Positions 27,882 through 38,584 of a DNA stretch of 64,000 nucleotides are shown here, one piece after another. Numbering within the stretch: position 1 is the first letter of the stretch; each line of letters starts with the position of its first letter. Origin of the DNA: Candidatus Nomurabacteria bacterium (GTDB lineage: Bacteria > Patescibacteriota > Patescibacteriia > Magasanikbacterales > UBA922); the NCBI GenBank assembly GCA_020632445.1, contig JACKFN010000002.1, positions 105,360-169,359 on the forward strand, written 5' to 3'. A program made the position numbers and the translations under genes. The notes beneath the pieces are model-generated. The model saw only the letters and a list, made by a program, of their open reading frames with translations, searched no databases and was not told where the DNA came from.

Positions 27882-28448
27882 TCAAGCCGATTTTTCATTT
27901 TCTCGAAATACTTTCATACCTTTCGCATCCTCATACAGCATGTGATATTGCTTCTGGACTCTTTTACCCCAACTATGCGGATCCTTGATATTTCCATTTT
28001 GATCAAAAAGTTCTTTGACATTATCAAAATACAGCTTTCCGGTTATAACCATTTCAAAATTCGTAATGACTGGCGAAATGTTTTCAAGTACTCGAGCTCC
28101 TCCAAAACGACCAGTCGAAACTCCTACAAGCAAACAGGGCTTACGATAGTACTGGTCAAAAACTTGATCCATTACCATCTTAAGTTCGCCTGGATACCCA
28201 TGGTTGTACTCTGGTATCACAAAAACAAACGCATCTGCGGCATCGACCTCTTTTGACCATGGACGAGTCAGTTTCTTACTTTGCCAATCAGGTACTGTTC
28301 TGCCAAGCATAAACGTCTCAACCTTCAATAATTTCGTTTTGATGCTGCTTTTTTTTTTGAGTTCGCCAAAAAGATATCTTGCCACCTTAATGCTATTTGC
28401 TCCTTTTCGAGCTGTCCCAAGGACTACGGGGATATGAAGTTTTTTCAT
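27882..28448 (-). CDS. NAD(P)H-dependent FMN reductase family flavoprotein
   Basis: 188 aa. VFVIPEYNHGYPGELKMVMD matches the PEYNxxxPGxLKNAxD signature. Confidence 0.75.
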   Translation of the reverse strand: MKKLHIPVVLGTARKGANSIKVARYLFGELKKKSSIKTKLLKVETFMLGRTVPDWQSKKLTRPWSKEVDAADAFVFVIPEYNHGYPGELKMVMDQVFDQYYRKPCLLVGVSTGRFGGARVLENISPVITNFEMVITGKLYFDNVKELFDQNGNIKDPHSWGKRVQKQYHMLYEDAKGMKVFRENEKSA

Positions 28449-28449
28449 A

Positions 28450-29184
28450 TTACTTGGTTACATAATACATTCGACTCTCGATCAGTTCACCCGCACTGGT
28501 ATCGTTTGCTGCCTCAAGAAGCTTTGCCTTCCCCTGCAAAAAAGCCTCCACACGCTCTTGTGGCAGCCAATTCATTTGAATCGGATACAATTTCAGTCGG
28601 TTGTACAACAATTCATGCGAGAATCCGAGAGCTGACAAAAATTGATACACTCTTCGCTTAGGTTGGAGTCGGTGAATAAACGGAACCTTGCTTGGAACCT
28701 GAAAAGCAATAACTCCCCCAGGTCTTAGGACACGAATAAATTCACCAATGTATCTTTCTATTTGATTTTTGTCTGGGATATGTTGCAGCACTATATTGCA
28801 ATACACCATATCAAAAGTGTCATCTTTAAACATCGACAAATCATCTGCCTGATTGACAATGAATTGTTGTTTGTCGTCCCCCTCATGGAGTTTTTTAGCT
28901 TTTTCTATCATGGCCTTTGACACGTCGACCCCAACGGCATCGTCAAAATGCTGACTCAGTGCCTTGGTGAGTCTCCCGACTCCACAACCAAAATCCAAAA
29001 CTTTCTTTGTTTCTTTCGGTAGGTCAAAAGTATTTACCTTTTGCATGATAACGTCGATTTCCTTTTGTCCGGTGACAAAAAATTCTGATTCATCCCATCC
29101 ATTGAATCTTTTTGTCGGGTCAGAAAGCACAGCCCACAGTGGGTCCATTTCTCCAAGTTTGTCCCATTCTTTTTTGTAGTTCAT
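28450..29184 (-). CDS. Class I SAM-dependent methyltransferase
   Basis: Motif I is VLDFGCGVGRLT and the post-I region is VGVDVSKAMIEKAKK. Confidence 0.8.
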   Translation of the reverse strand: MNYKKEWDKLGEMDPLWAVLSDPTKRFNGWDESEFFVTGQKEIDVIMQKVNTFDLPKETKKVLDFGCGVGRLTKALSQHFDDAVGVDVSKAMIEKAKKLHEGDDKQQFIVNQADDLSMFKDDTFDMVYCNIVLQHIPDKNQIERYIGEFIRVLRPGGVIAFQVPSKVPFIHRLQPKRRVYQFLSALGFSHELLYNRLKLYPIQMNWLPQERVEAFLQGKAKLLEAANDTSAGELIESRMYYVTK

Positions 29185-29200
29185 TTTTGTAATTCAATAG

Positions 29201-30775
29201 TTACATCAAGGCCCTCCCGGTCATTTCTGGAGGAATTGGTATTTCCAACATAGAAAGTACCGTTGGCGCGACATCTGCGAGCATACCAACAGGAGGCATT
29301 AGACTCAAGTCACCTCCTGGCGCATCACCAGAAGGGCCAGCTTGCCCCACATAATTCTTTCCAATGACATAGAATGGCACAGGATTATTTGAATGTTCTT
29401 TGTCCCTATCCCCCGTTTGGAGATTCACCATTGACTCAGCATTTCCGTGGTCCGCGGTTATCAAAAGGACTCCATCCTTTGCCAAAGTATACTCAGCAAT
29501 TTGACCAAGACAGCCATCGAGTGTCTCAATAGCTCTTATGGTCGCCTGAAGATCTCCAGTATGCCCCACCATATCGGCATTTGCAAAATTCACAATGATG
29601 ACGTCATGCTGCCCACCTTGAATAAGTTTGATAACCTCCTTGGTAATCTCCGGAGCTGACATTTCTGGTGCTTGATCATAAGAGGAAACCTTTGGTGAGG
29701 GAACAAGTACTCGGTCTTCATTTTCAAATTCATCCTCTACGGTACCATTGAGAAAAAACGTAACGTGGGCATATTTTTCTGTTTCTGCCACATGCGCCTG
29801 GCGAAGACCTGCTTTGGAAATAACTTCAGCAAGACAGTTTTGAACAACAACTGGTGGATAGGCAACCGACACCGGAAGTTCTTTTTCATATTCTGTCATG
29901 GAAGCAAAATACAAATTCTGGATCTTTTTGGTTTCAAACTTGCTGAACCCAGGCAAAACAATGGCCTTAGTGATTTCACGCGCGCGATCTGGTCTGAAGT
30001 TAAAAAAAATCACGGCATCATTATCATCAATGGTAGCCAATGGCTGTCCTTGAGTACCAATCACCACAGGTTCAAATTCCTCATCATATATTTCTTTGAC
30101 ATACGAAGCATCCAGTGCAGCCAATGGATCAGAAAAGTATGATGACGCCCTTCCAAAAACCATTGCATCATATGCCTTTTGAACCCGCTCCCAACGGTTA
30201 TCACGGTCCATAGCAAAATGACGACCAGACAAAGTAGCGATTTTCCCTAAACCAATTTCAGAAAGCTTGTTTTGCAGTCTCCCAATAAAATCTTTTCCAC
30301 TATTGTAGACAGCATCACGACCATCCGTAAACGCATGTACAAAAACATCCTTCACTCCATTTGCCTTTGCCATGTCCAAAAGTGCATCGCAGTGATCCTG
30401 GGCTCCATGAACATTTCCCGCACTCATAATGCCCATAATATGAAGTTTTGAACCGTTGGTTTTGGCATGTTCCATTGCCCCAAGAAGTGCCTTGTTCTGC
30501 GCAAACTCACCACTTGAAATTTCGTTATTAATACGTGGCAGTGTTTGGTAGTATACACGTCCGGCACCAATATTGAGATGTCCTACCTCAGAATTTCCCA
30601 TCTCTCCAAACCGAAGCCCCACTTCGTTTCCAGAAGACAAAAGCGTCATAGCTGGATAATGTGCTACGAAGTTATCAAAATTGGGAGTCTTGGCAACATA
30701 GATGGCATTTCCATCACCGGGGGGTGCGACTCCAAATCCATCGAGAATAGCGAGTACTAAGGGTTTTGGCCTCAT
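29201..30775 (-). CDS. gpmI: 2,3-bisphosphoglycerate-independent phosphoglycerate mutase
   Basis: 524 aa. The N-terminus reads LVLAILDGFGV. The catalytic-Ser motif is MGNSEVGHLNIGAGR and the metal-binding region reads TADHGNAE. Confidence 0.9.
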   Translation of the reverse strand: MRPKPLVLAILDGFGVAPPGDGNAIYVAKTPNFDNFVAHYPAMTLLSSGNEVGLRFGEMGNSEVGHLNIGAGRVYYQTLPRINNEISSGEFAQNKALLGAMEHAKTNGSKLHIMGIMSAGNVHGAQDHCDALLDMAKANGVKDVFVHAFTDGRDAVYNSGKDFIGRLQNKLSEIGLGKIATLSGRHFAMDRDNRWERVQKAYDAMVFGRASSYFSDPLAALDASYVKEIYDEEFEPVVIGTQGQPLATIDDNDAVIFFNFRPDRAREITKAIVLPGFSKFETKKIQNLYFASMTEYEKELPVSVAYPPVVVQNCLAEVISKAGLRQAHVAETEKYAHVTFFLNGTVEDEFENEDRVLVPSPKVSSYDQAPEMSAPEITKEVIKLIQGGQHDVIIVNFANADMVGHTGDLQATIRAIETLDGCLGQIAEYTLAKDGVLLITADHGNAESMVNLQTGDRDKEHSNNPVPFYVIGKNYVGQAGPSGDAPGGDLSLMPPVGMLADVAPTVLSMLEIPIPPEMTGRALM

Positions 30776-30778
30776 AGA

Positions 30779-32404
30779 TTAATACAGTTCTTGACCAGTC
30801 ATATCATCAGGCTTTGGGAGCCCCATGAGTTTGAGCACTGTAGGAGCGACATCCGCGAGCTTTCCATTTTTCTTCAGTCTGATCGCTCGAGCATTTTTTT
30901 TGATAATGATAAATGGAACAGGATTAGTGGTATGTTCAGTCATCTGTTCTCCGGTAACTTCGTTAATCATCCGCTCGGCGTTTCCATGATCAGCCGTAAT
31001 AACCACCTGACCATCTATCGAAAGCATATACTCAACGAGTTTCCCTATCGCAGCATCCATGTGGTGCACGGCAACTTTTGCAGCCTCTAAATTTCCAGTG
31101 TGCCCAACCATGTCTGCATTGGGAAAATTTACACAGATAAAATCAAAAGTATCTTGAACAAAATATTCTTGAATTTTTTTTCCAACCTGATGACTCATCA
31201 TTTGCGGATGATCTGCATACGTATAGTGTCCGGTAGATCGGACGAGCTGTCTTTTTTCACCATTGATAGCACTGGGAAATCCACCATTAAGAAAGTACGT
31301 AACATGCGCGTATTTCTCGGTTTCTGAAAGAAAAAGCTGTCGGTAATCTTCACCAATGGCCTTTGCTAGACAATTTTTGAAATCAGGACTCGGAAAAGCA
31401 GTAAATACTCCAGGAAGGTCCGGTCCAAAATCCGTCATGGCGACAAATCGAGTATTCTTCGGAAATTTTTTTCTGTGAAACGCACCTTTGTTCCGTTTAT
31501 GGAAATCAGTTTGTACAAATGCCTTCGTGAGTTGTCGGGCACGATCAGAACGTGCATTAAAAAAGAAAATCACGTCATTGTTTTTGAGTTTCACTATGGG
31601 TTTTCCTTTCTCCGTGATAATAGTAGGTGAAATATATTCATCTGTTTCTCCTCGATTGTACGCTTGTGAAATTGCCTCTTCTACACTTGTGGCTTCATAC
31701 GGTGCCTCTCCCAGTACAATAGTATCATAAGCTTTTTTCGTCCTATCCCATAGCTTGTTTCTGTCCATAGCATAAAACCTTCCCATAACACTGGCAATCT
31801 TTTCCTTCTGCATACTCTTGTGAAGCGCATGCAAATGTTTCACTGCAGAATGTGGGGGCGAATCCCGTCCATCGGTAAAGAGGTGGAGATATACATTATG
31901 AAACTTTTCTCGACGAAAATACTCCAAAAGGGCATACAAATGTTCAGGGTGTGCATGTGCACTGTTATGATTTGTCAAAAGACCCATCAAATGAATGTTG
32001 GTATTGTATTTCTTTGCATGAAATAGCCCTTGCTTGAAAGCTTCATTTTTAAAAAATGTCCCATCAGTAATGGAACCCCAAATACGTACGAGGTCCTGCT
32101 CTACCACTCTTCCTGCCCCGATGTTAAAATGACCCGCTTCGGAATTCCCTTGTTGCCCAGAAAACAGTCCTACATATGTTCCATGAGCTTTGAGCTTCGT
32201 ACTGGGGTAATTTTTCATGTACGAAAAAAGGTTGGGAGCCGTTTTTGGTGTGATGGCATTCCCTTTTTGTTTTGAAGAGAGACCAAAGCCATCCATGATA
32301 ATAAAAAGTGTTTTCTTTTTTGAATTTTTTTGAATTTTTTCTGCTGGCATATGCTCTATTGTACTCTTTTTGTCGTTGGAATTCAAATCTCCCTGCCACA
32401 CCAC
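30779..32404 (-). CDS. Second, divergent iPGM-family paralog (cofactor-independent phosphoglycerate mutase-like)
   Basis: 541 aa. It carries FIIMDGFGLS, QGNSEAGHFNIGAGR and TADHGNAER. The true start is possibly downstream, at MPAEK. Confidence 0.75.
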   Translation of the reverse strand: MVWQGDLNSNDKKSTIEHMPAEKIQKNSKKKTLFIIMDGFGLSSKQKGNAITPKTAPNLFSYMKNYPSTKLKAHGTYVGLFSGQQGNSEAGHFNIGAGRVVEQDLVRIWGSITDGTFFKNEAFKQGLFHAKKYNTNIHLMGLLTNHNSAHAHPEHLYALLEYFRREKFHNVYLHLFTDGRDSPPHSAVKHLHALHKSMQKEKIASVMGRFYAMDRNKLWDRTKKAYDTIVLGEAPYEATSVEEAISQAYNRGETDEYISPTIITEKGKPIVKLKNNDVIFFFNARSDRARQLTKAFVQTDFHKRNKGAFHRKKFPKNTRFVAMTDFGPDLPGVFTAFPSPDFKNCLAKAIGEDYRQLFLSETEKYAHVTYFLNGGFPSAINGEKRQLVRSTGHYTYADHPQMMSHQVGKKIQEYFVQDTFDFICVNFPNADMVGHTGNLEAAKVAVHHMDAAIGKLVEYMLSIDGQVVITADHGNAERMINEVTGEQMTEHTTNPVPFIIIKKNARAIRLKKNGKLADVAPTVLKLMGLPKPDDMTGQELY

Positions 32405-32468
32405 TATATTGACAAATTAGCTTTTTCATGTTAAGGTCGATGCAGTACAATCATGGGGAGGTACCCCG

Positions 32469-33317
32469 ATGTTCTACGTAATCACAGCGGTAGTCGTCGC
32501 CGCCGTATTTGTCGCTATCAGCATCGTTCGTAATCTCCGTCAGGGACGGTCCTTCGAGGAGATGGCCGATGATGGTCAGCAGCCCAAGGACGAAGGCGAC
32601 AAGAGCAAGCAGAACGATCGCTTCGCTCTACCCGATGACAAGGCGGCCACCTCGAGGGCTAACCTGAAGACCGTGCTGGACTACCCCCCGGACAAGGTGC
32701 CCATGGTGACCATCGTGTACGTGGACGACGATGGACACCAGAAGCGCCGGCGCTGGCCGGTGATTCAAGGTCTCCGGATGGTAAGGACCTTTTTGCGCCA
32801 AGGAGTTCGAACTCAACGTTTCGCCATCCGTGATGTCTCGGAGTTCGACCCCACGAACACCTCACAGCAGGGTGACGCTGACGCGCTGTTCTGGCGCATC
32901 AACGATGGTACGAGCGAGCCCGACCTCGACCCCCCGATCCCCTGCGAGCTGCTGATGATCCTGATGGGGGTGGATCAGAAAGAAGCAGATCGGCTCTTCG
33001 ATGCCATGCAAAAAGGTAACGCGCGAGACACGATCGCTGACCCACGAGGCGCCGCAGAGGTCGCACGCACCCATGCGCTCGCTGAGCAGGGGATTCGCGT
33101 TAATCTGCGTCGCACCATCGCACTTGGTGATCCAGCGATCGCCTCCCTTCAGAACTTCATGGCGATCAACCAAGCTCCTGAGCGAGCTCTGGCAGAGGTA
33201 GTGCAGGCACGTCGAACAAATCTGGGGATGCCATCCCCTCAGTTGTCCGACCCTGAACCTGCCGACAGTCAACGACCGACGCTCTTCGCCAACCCTACCG
33301 ATCCCACCAAAAGCTAG
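32469..33317 (+). CDS. Hypothetical membrane-anchored protein encoded on high-GC island 3
   Basis: 282 aa. The RBS GGGGAGG lies 7 nt before the ATG. The N-terminal TM is FYVITAVVVAAVFVAISIV, followed by an acidic/Pro-rich soluble domain. GC3 is high. A terminator follows. Confidence 0.5.
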   Translation: MFYVITAVVVAAVFVAISIVRNLRQGRSFEEMADDGQQPKDEGDKSKQNDRFALPDDKAATSRANLKTVLDYPPDKVPMVTIVYVDDDGHQKRRRWPVIQGLRMVRTFLRQGVRTQRFAIRDVSEFDPTNTSQQGDADALFWRINDGTSEPDLDPPIPCELLMILMGVDQKEADRLFDAMQKGNARDTIADPRGAAEVARTHALAEQGIRVNLRRTIALGDPAIASLQNFMAINQAPERALAEVVQARRTNLGMPSPQLSDPEPADSQRPTLFANPTDPTKS

Positions 33318-33343
33318 CCGAAGCCTCACCCTCGGCAAACTCC

Positions 33344-33382
33344 AAAAAGCCCGCTCTTTTGATAGAGCGGGCTTTTTGTTTT
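33344..33382. terminator. Bidirectional rho-independent terminator after the island-3 gene (+) and eno (-)
   Basis: AAAAAGCCCGCTC-ttttgata-GAGCGGGCTTTTTGTTTT. Confidence 0.6.
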
Positions 33383-33400
33383 GCTGCGACGACGTATTCT

Positions 33401-34672
<1,272 letters not shown>

Positions 34673-35530
34673 TTATTCTATCTCAAATACAACTCGAATT
34701 CCCATTTTTACATTCATAGCACCATCTTCACCCATTTCTTCAGTTGGAATTTGAATACCTTCATGATTGTTTTCAAAGCCGCCTTCAAACTCATCATACT
34801 GCACAATTCGTACAAATTCTACCCCAAGCGTCTGTGCTAAAATTTCTGTTTTCTCATTCAATCTTCGTACAGCTTCATTTCGTGCCTGAGCATAGTATAC
34901 TCCCGGATCATCAACCGCAAACCTCAACTCACCAACACTGTCGACGCCGACTTGTCCTGCCAGATCAAAAACGTCTTGTACTTTGTTAAGATTTCTTATT
35001 TTTACCTGCAATTGTTGACTCACGTTGTACCCTCCACCTGATGTGACTCCCTGTTCCTCATCGTTATACAGCGGATACACCTGATAATCGAATAATTTGA
35101 TATCTGATTTTTCAATCCCAAGCTGGCGAAGCCCATTCATGAGTGCATCCATTGACTCATTATTTTCTTCTTGAGCAAGTGCCACAGTTTCGGATACGGT
35201 TTGCATACCCATTACCACAAAAGCGCTATCAGGCGTTGCCAGTACTTCCCCCTCTGATTCTATCGTTATTGTTCTGACCTGAGCATTTTCTTGTCCAATA
35301 TGCTCGTATTCCTTCATGTTGTTTCGTATCAGAGTACCCAGTAACACAATCCCGTAAACCACCAAAATTCCAATCAGAGTCCATAAAATCTTTCTTCCAA
35401 AATAACCCATGTGTTCATGGATAGTATGATGGCCATCATGCTCAACGATAGCTTCTTGTTTTGTCTTACTCACACTTCTCCTACGCTTGGCAGCAGAATT
35501 GCGAGTCACTGCAGGTTTTTTGACAGGCAT
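34673..35530 (-). CDS. SIMPL/DUF541 (YggE-like) domain protein with a basic N-terminus and a single TM
   Basis: 285 aa. It opens MPVKKPAVTRNSAAKRRR and has the TM ILWTLIGILVVYGIVLLGTLI. ITIESEGEVLATPDSAFVVMGMQT matches the SIMPL signature IxVxGxGxVxxxPDxAxxxxGV. Confidence 0.6.
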   Translation of the reverse strand: MPVKKPAVTRNSAAKRRRSVSKTKQEAIVEHDGHHTIHEHMGYFGRKILWTLIGILVVYGIVLLGTLIRNNMKEYEHIGQENAQVRTITIESEGEVLATPDSAFVVMGMQTVSETVALAQEENNESMDALMNGLRQLGIEKSDIKLFDYQVYPLYNDEEQGVTSGGGYNVSQQLQVKIRNLNKVQDVFDLAGQVGVDSVGELRFAVDDPGVYYAQARNEAVRRLNEKTEILAQTLGVEFVRIVQYDEFEGGFENNHEGIQIPTEEMGEDGAMNVKMGIRVVFEIE

Positions 35531-35547
35531 ATTATTTGTTTTTCTTA

Positions 35548-36720
35548 TTATAACACATGCAGACCTGGCAAGTCTTCACCAGCCAAAAACGTGAGCATAG
35601 CTCCACCTCCAGTACTCACATAGTCAATGTACTCAAGCATGTGTGCGCGATGCAATGCATCAATAGTTTCTCCACCACCAACCAAACCAAATGCTTTTCC
35701 ACGAGAACAGCTGGCAATGAGCCGTGCCATAGAAAGTGTCCCAAAGCTGTACGGCTGTTTTTCGTACAGCCCTATTGCTCCATTCCATATTATCGTCTGC
35801 GCTTGCTTGATGTATCGTGAATAGAGATAAATCGTTTCTGGACCAATATCATAAATAGCTTCATTGCGTTTACACACTCTGTATGGACTTTTTTCAAGTA
35901 TAACGTGTCGGAAATTTTTTCCTTCAGCATCCCCAACAATAACGTCAATGGGTTTGATAACCTTTTTTTTCTTGAGTGCTTTTTGCGCATCCGAGAGTAA
36001 ATCCTTCTCGACAAGCGAAACGCCCACCCCATACCCAATGCTTTTTAGGTACGTATTAAAAAGCGCTCCACCGATAAGAATATGATCACAACGAGCGGAA
36101 AGCTTTTTGATAACAGGAAGTTTGGTAGCTACCTTGGCCCCTCCAACCACCAAAACAAATGGCTTCTTCCCGTGTTCTACGATATGAGTTATGGACTTTA
36201 CCTCTTGTTGTAAATGCAAACCTGCATATGCTGGAACATGTTTGGCGATTCCGACCGTCGACGCATCTGCGCGATGAGTGACGGCAAACCCTTCCTGTAC
36301 AAAAATGTCAGTCATAGCAGCGAGCTTGCCGGCAAGATTTCCCTTATTTCCTTTTTCTTCTTTATGAAAACGGGTGTTTTCAAGCATTAATACCTGCCCC
36401 GAGTGCAAGGCAGTAATTGCTTCATATGCTTTATTTCCTACCAAAGAATTTACAAATTTCACCTTTCTGCCCATTAGGTGAGAAAGATACTTTGCTATTG
36501 GCTCTAAACTGAGCGCCTTTTTCTTTTTCCCTTCCGGACGTCCTCTATGTGAAAGAAGAATAACCTTTGCCCCCTTGCTGAGTAAATATTCAATCGTGGG
36601 CAGGGCAGCCAAAATTCTGGTATCATCTGTTACTTTCCCTTTTTCTACTGGAACATTAAAATCAACACGTACCATAACATGCTTTCCAGAAAGATTTTTT
36701 ATGCGTTTTATTGATTTCAT
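35548..36720 (-). CDS. pgk: Phosphoglycerate kinase
   Basis: It carries VMVRVDFNVPV and the hinge GGGA..TFL. The start was chosen at MKSIKRIK (ATG 36718-36720). Confidence 0.95.
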   Translation of the reverse strand: MKSIKRIKNLSGKHVMVRVDFNVPVEKGKVTDDTRILAALPTIEYLLSKGAKVILLSHRGRPEGKKKKALSLEPIAKYLSHLMGRKVKFVNSLVGNKAYEAITALHSGQVLMLENTRFHKEEKGNKGNLAGKLAAMTDIFVQEGFAVTHRADASTVGIAKHVPAYAGLHLQQEVKSITHIVEHGKKPFVLVVGGAKVATKLPVIKKLSARCDHILIGGALFNTYLKSIGYGVGVSLVEKDLLSDAQKALKKKKVIKPIDVIVGDAEGKNFRHVILEKSPYRVCKRNEAIYDIGPETIYLYSRYIKQAQTIIWNGAIGLYEKQPYSFGTLSMARLIASCSRGKAFGLVGGGETIDALHRAHMLEYIDYVSTGGGAMLTFLAGEDLPGLHVL

Positions 36721-36771
36721 AAAAAAGCTACACATGTAGTGTAGCATATTTTTACTTCTTTGTTGACAGCA

Positions 36772-37776
36772 CTACAGTTTCTTTCCAATTTTCTCCACCA
36801 TTTCCACAAGACGATTTGCATATCCCCATTCATTATCATACCAGGCAACCACTTTTACCAAATTTCCACCAACGACCTTGGTAAACTCAGTATCGACGAT
36901 ACACGAATATGGATTGCCAATGTAATCACTCGAAACGAGCGGCTCGTCAGTTACCTGCATGATTCCTTTGAGTTCCTTTTTGCTCGCAGCCAGCAAAGCC
37001 TTGTTTACCTGATCAGCGGTAACTTCCTTTGAGAGCACAAAGGTAAAATCCGTTAATGATACGGTAATGGTTGGAACACGAACAGAGAGTCCATCAAACT
37101 TTCCAGCTAAATCTGGTATAACGCGAGTCACTGCCACGGCTGCGCCAGTAGAAGTTGGTACCATGTTTTGCGCGGCAGCGCGCGCCCTTCGCAAATCACT
37201 GTGTGGTGCGTCTTGGAGCCTTTGATCAGCTGTATACGAATGAATGGTGGTAAGCATAGCCTTCTCAATTCCAAAACTCGTATGTAAAACCTGTGCTACA
37301 GGAGCGCTACAATTTGTAGTACAAGAGGCATTATCGATAATTTTCTCATCATGGTAATTTGTGCAGTTGATACCACGGACGAACGTTTGTATTTCCTCTC
37401 CCTTTGAAGGAGCTGAAATCACGACTCTTCTTGCACCCGCCTTGAGGTGCTTTCCAGCACCCTCTTTGTCGCGAAATATCCCTGTTGACTCAATAACAAT
37501 ATCTACCTTGAGTTTTTTCCATGGAAGCTTCTCGGGTTCACGCTGTGAAAATACCTGGACTTTTTTTGAGCCAATAATCAAGTGTTTCGCATCACTGGCA
37601 ATCTTTTTTTCCCATCGAGGATATGCGGTATCATGTTTGAGCAAGTGAGCCAAAGTTGCGTTGTCCGTCAAATCATTAATCGCAACTACCTCAATATTTT
37701 TTTTCTCCCAAGCAATCTTAAAAGCATGACGACCAATACGTCCAAATCCATTAATAGCAACTCGAATTTTTTTCAT
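36772..37776 (-). CDS. gap: Glyceraldehyde-3-phosphate dehydrogenase (type I)
   Basis: It carries INGFGRIGR and the active site SCTTNCSAPV. Confidence 0.95.
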   Translation of the reverse strand: MKKIRVAINGFGRIGRHAFKIAWEKKNIEVVAINDLTDNATLAHLLKHDTAYPRWEKKIASDAKHLIIGSKKVQVFSQREPEKLPWKKLKVDIVIESTGIFRDKEGAGKHLKAGARRVVISAPSKGEEIQTFVRGINCTNYHDEKIIDNASCTTNCSAPVAQVLHTSFGIEKAMLTTIHSYTADQRLQDAPHSDLRRARAAAQNMVPTSTGAAVAVTRVIPDLAGKFDGLSVRVPTITVSLTDFTFVLSKEVTADQVNKALLAASKKELKGIMQVTDEPLVSSDYIGNPYSCIVDTEFTKVVGGNLVKVVAWYDNEWGYANRLVEMVEKIGKKL

Positions 37777-37860
37777 ATAAATACGCAGACAAGGGTTATG
37801 TTTCCCTTATTATAACAAAAAAGAGACCGCTTTCGCAATCTCTTTAGTCTAATGTTGTCT

Positions 37861-38508
37861 TTATGCAAGTCCTGCTTGCTGTTGCACTTCTTCTACGAAG
37901 TTATCTACTTTCTTTTCAATTCCCTCTCCAAGTTCATAACGTGCGAATCGACGAACAGAAATTTTTTCACCGATTTCTCCTGTCTTTTCAGTAAGGAGCT
38001 GTTCAATCGTCTTGCTATCATCTTTGATAAATCCCTGATTGAGCAAACACACTTCACTGTAATACTTTGCCATCTTTCCTTCAAGAATTTTTTCAATGAT
38101 ATCATCTGGTTTTCCTTCATTCTTGAGCTGTGCACGGTAGACATCCTTTTCACGATCCATTTCCTGCGTCGTTACTTCATCTGAGCTTACATACTTCGGC
38201 GCAGCCGCAGCAATATGCATAGCAATATCACTTACGAGCTTTTGAAAATCTTCATTTTTGGCCACAAAATCGGTTTCACAATTTACCTCAACCAGTACTC
38301 CGATCTTTCCATTTCCGTGAATGTAACTCATAACAGCACCTTCCGCAGCTACCTTGTCAGCACGCTTTGCTGCCTTTGCTGCTCCTTTTTTACGAAGCCA
38401 ATCAACGGCCTTTTCAAAATCCCCACCATTTTCATCAAGTGCTTTTTTACAATCCATCATTCCTGCTCCTGTTTGCGCTCGGAGCTTAGCGATGTCACTT
38501 GCGCTCAT
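37861..38508 (-). CDS. tsf: Elongation factor Ts
   Basis: The UBA-like N-terminus reads SASDIAKLRAQTGAGMMDCKKALDENGGDFEKAVDWLRKKG. The start was chosen at ATG 38506-38508. Confidence 0.9.
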   Translation of the reverse strand: MSASDIAKLRAQTGAGMMDCKKALDENGGDFEKAVDWLRKKGAAKAAKRADKVAAEGAVMSYIHGNGKIGVLVEVNCETDFVAKNEDFQKLVSDIAMHIAAAAPKYVSSDEVTTQEMDREKDVYRAQLKNEGKPDDIIEKILEGKMAKYYSEVCLLNQGFIKDDSKTIEQLLTEKTGEIGEKISVRRFARYELGEGIEKKVDNFVEEVQQQAGLA

Positions 38509-38584
38509 AGTATTTGATTTGTTTATGTTATTATGAAAAAAAGAGATGGGAAGCCTAGACACTGCCAAACTTCCCACCATCACG

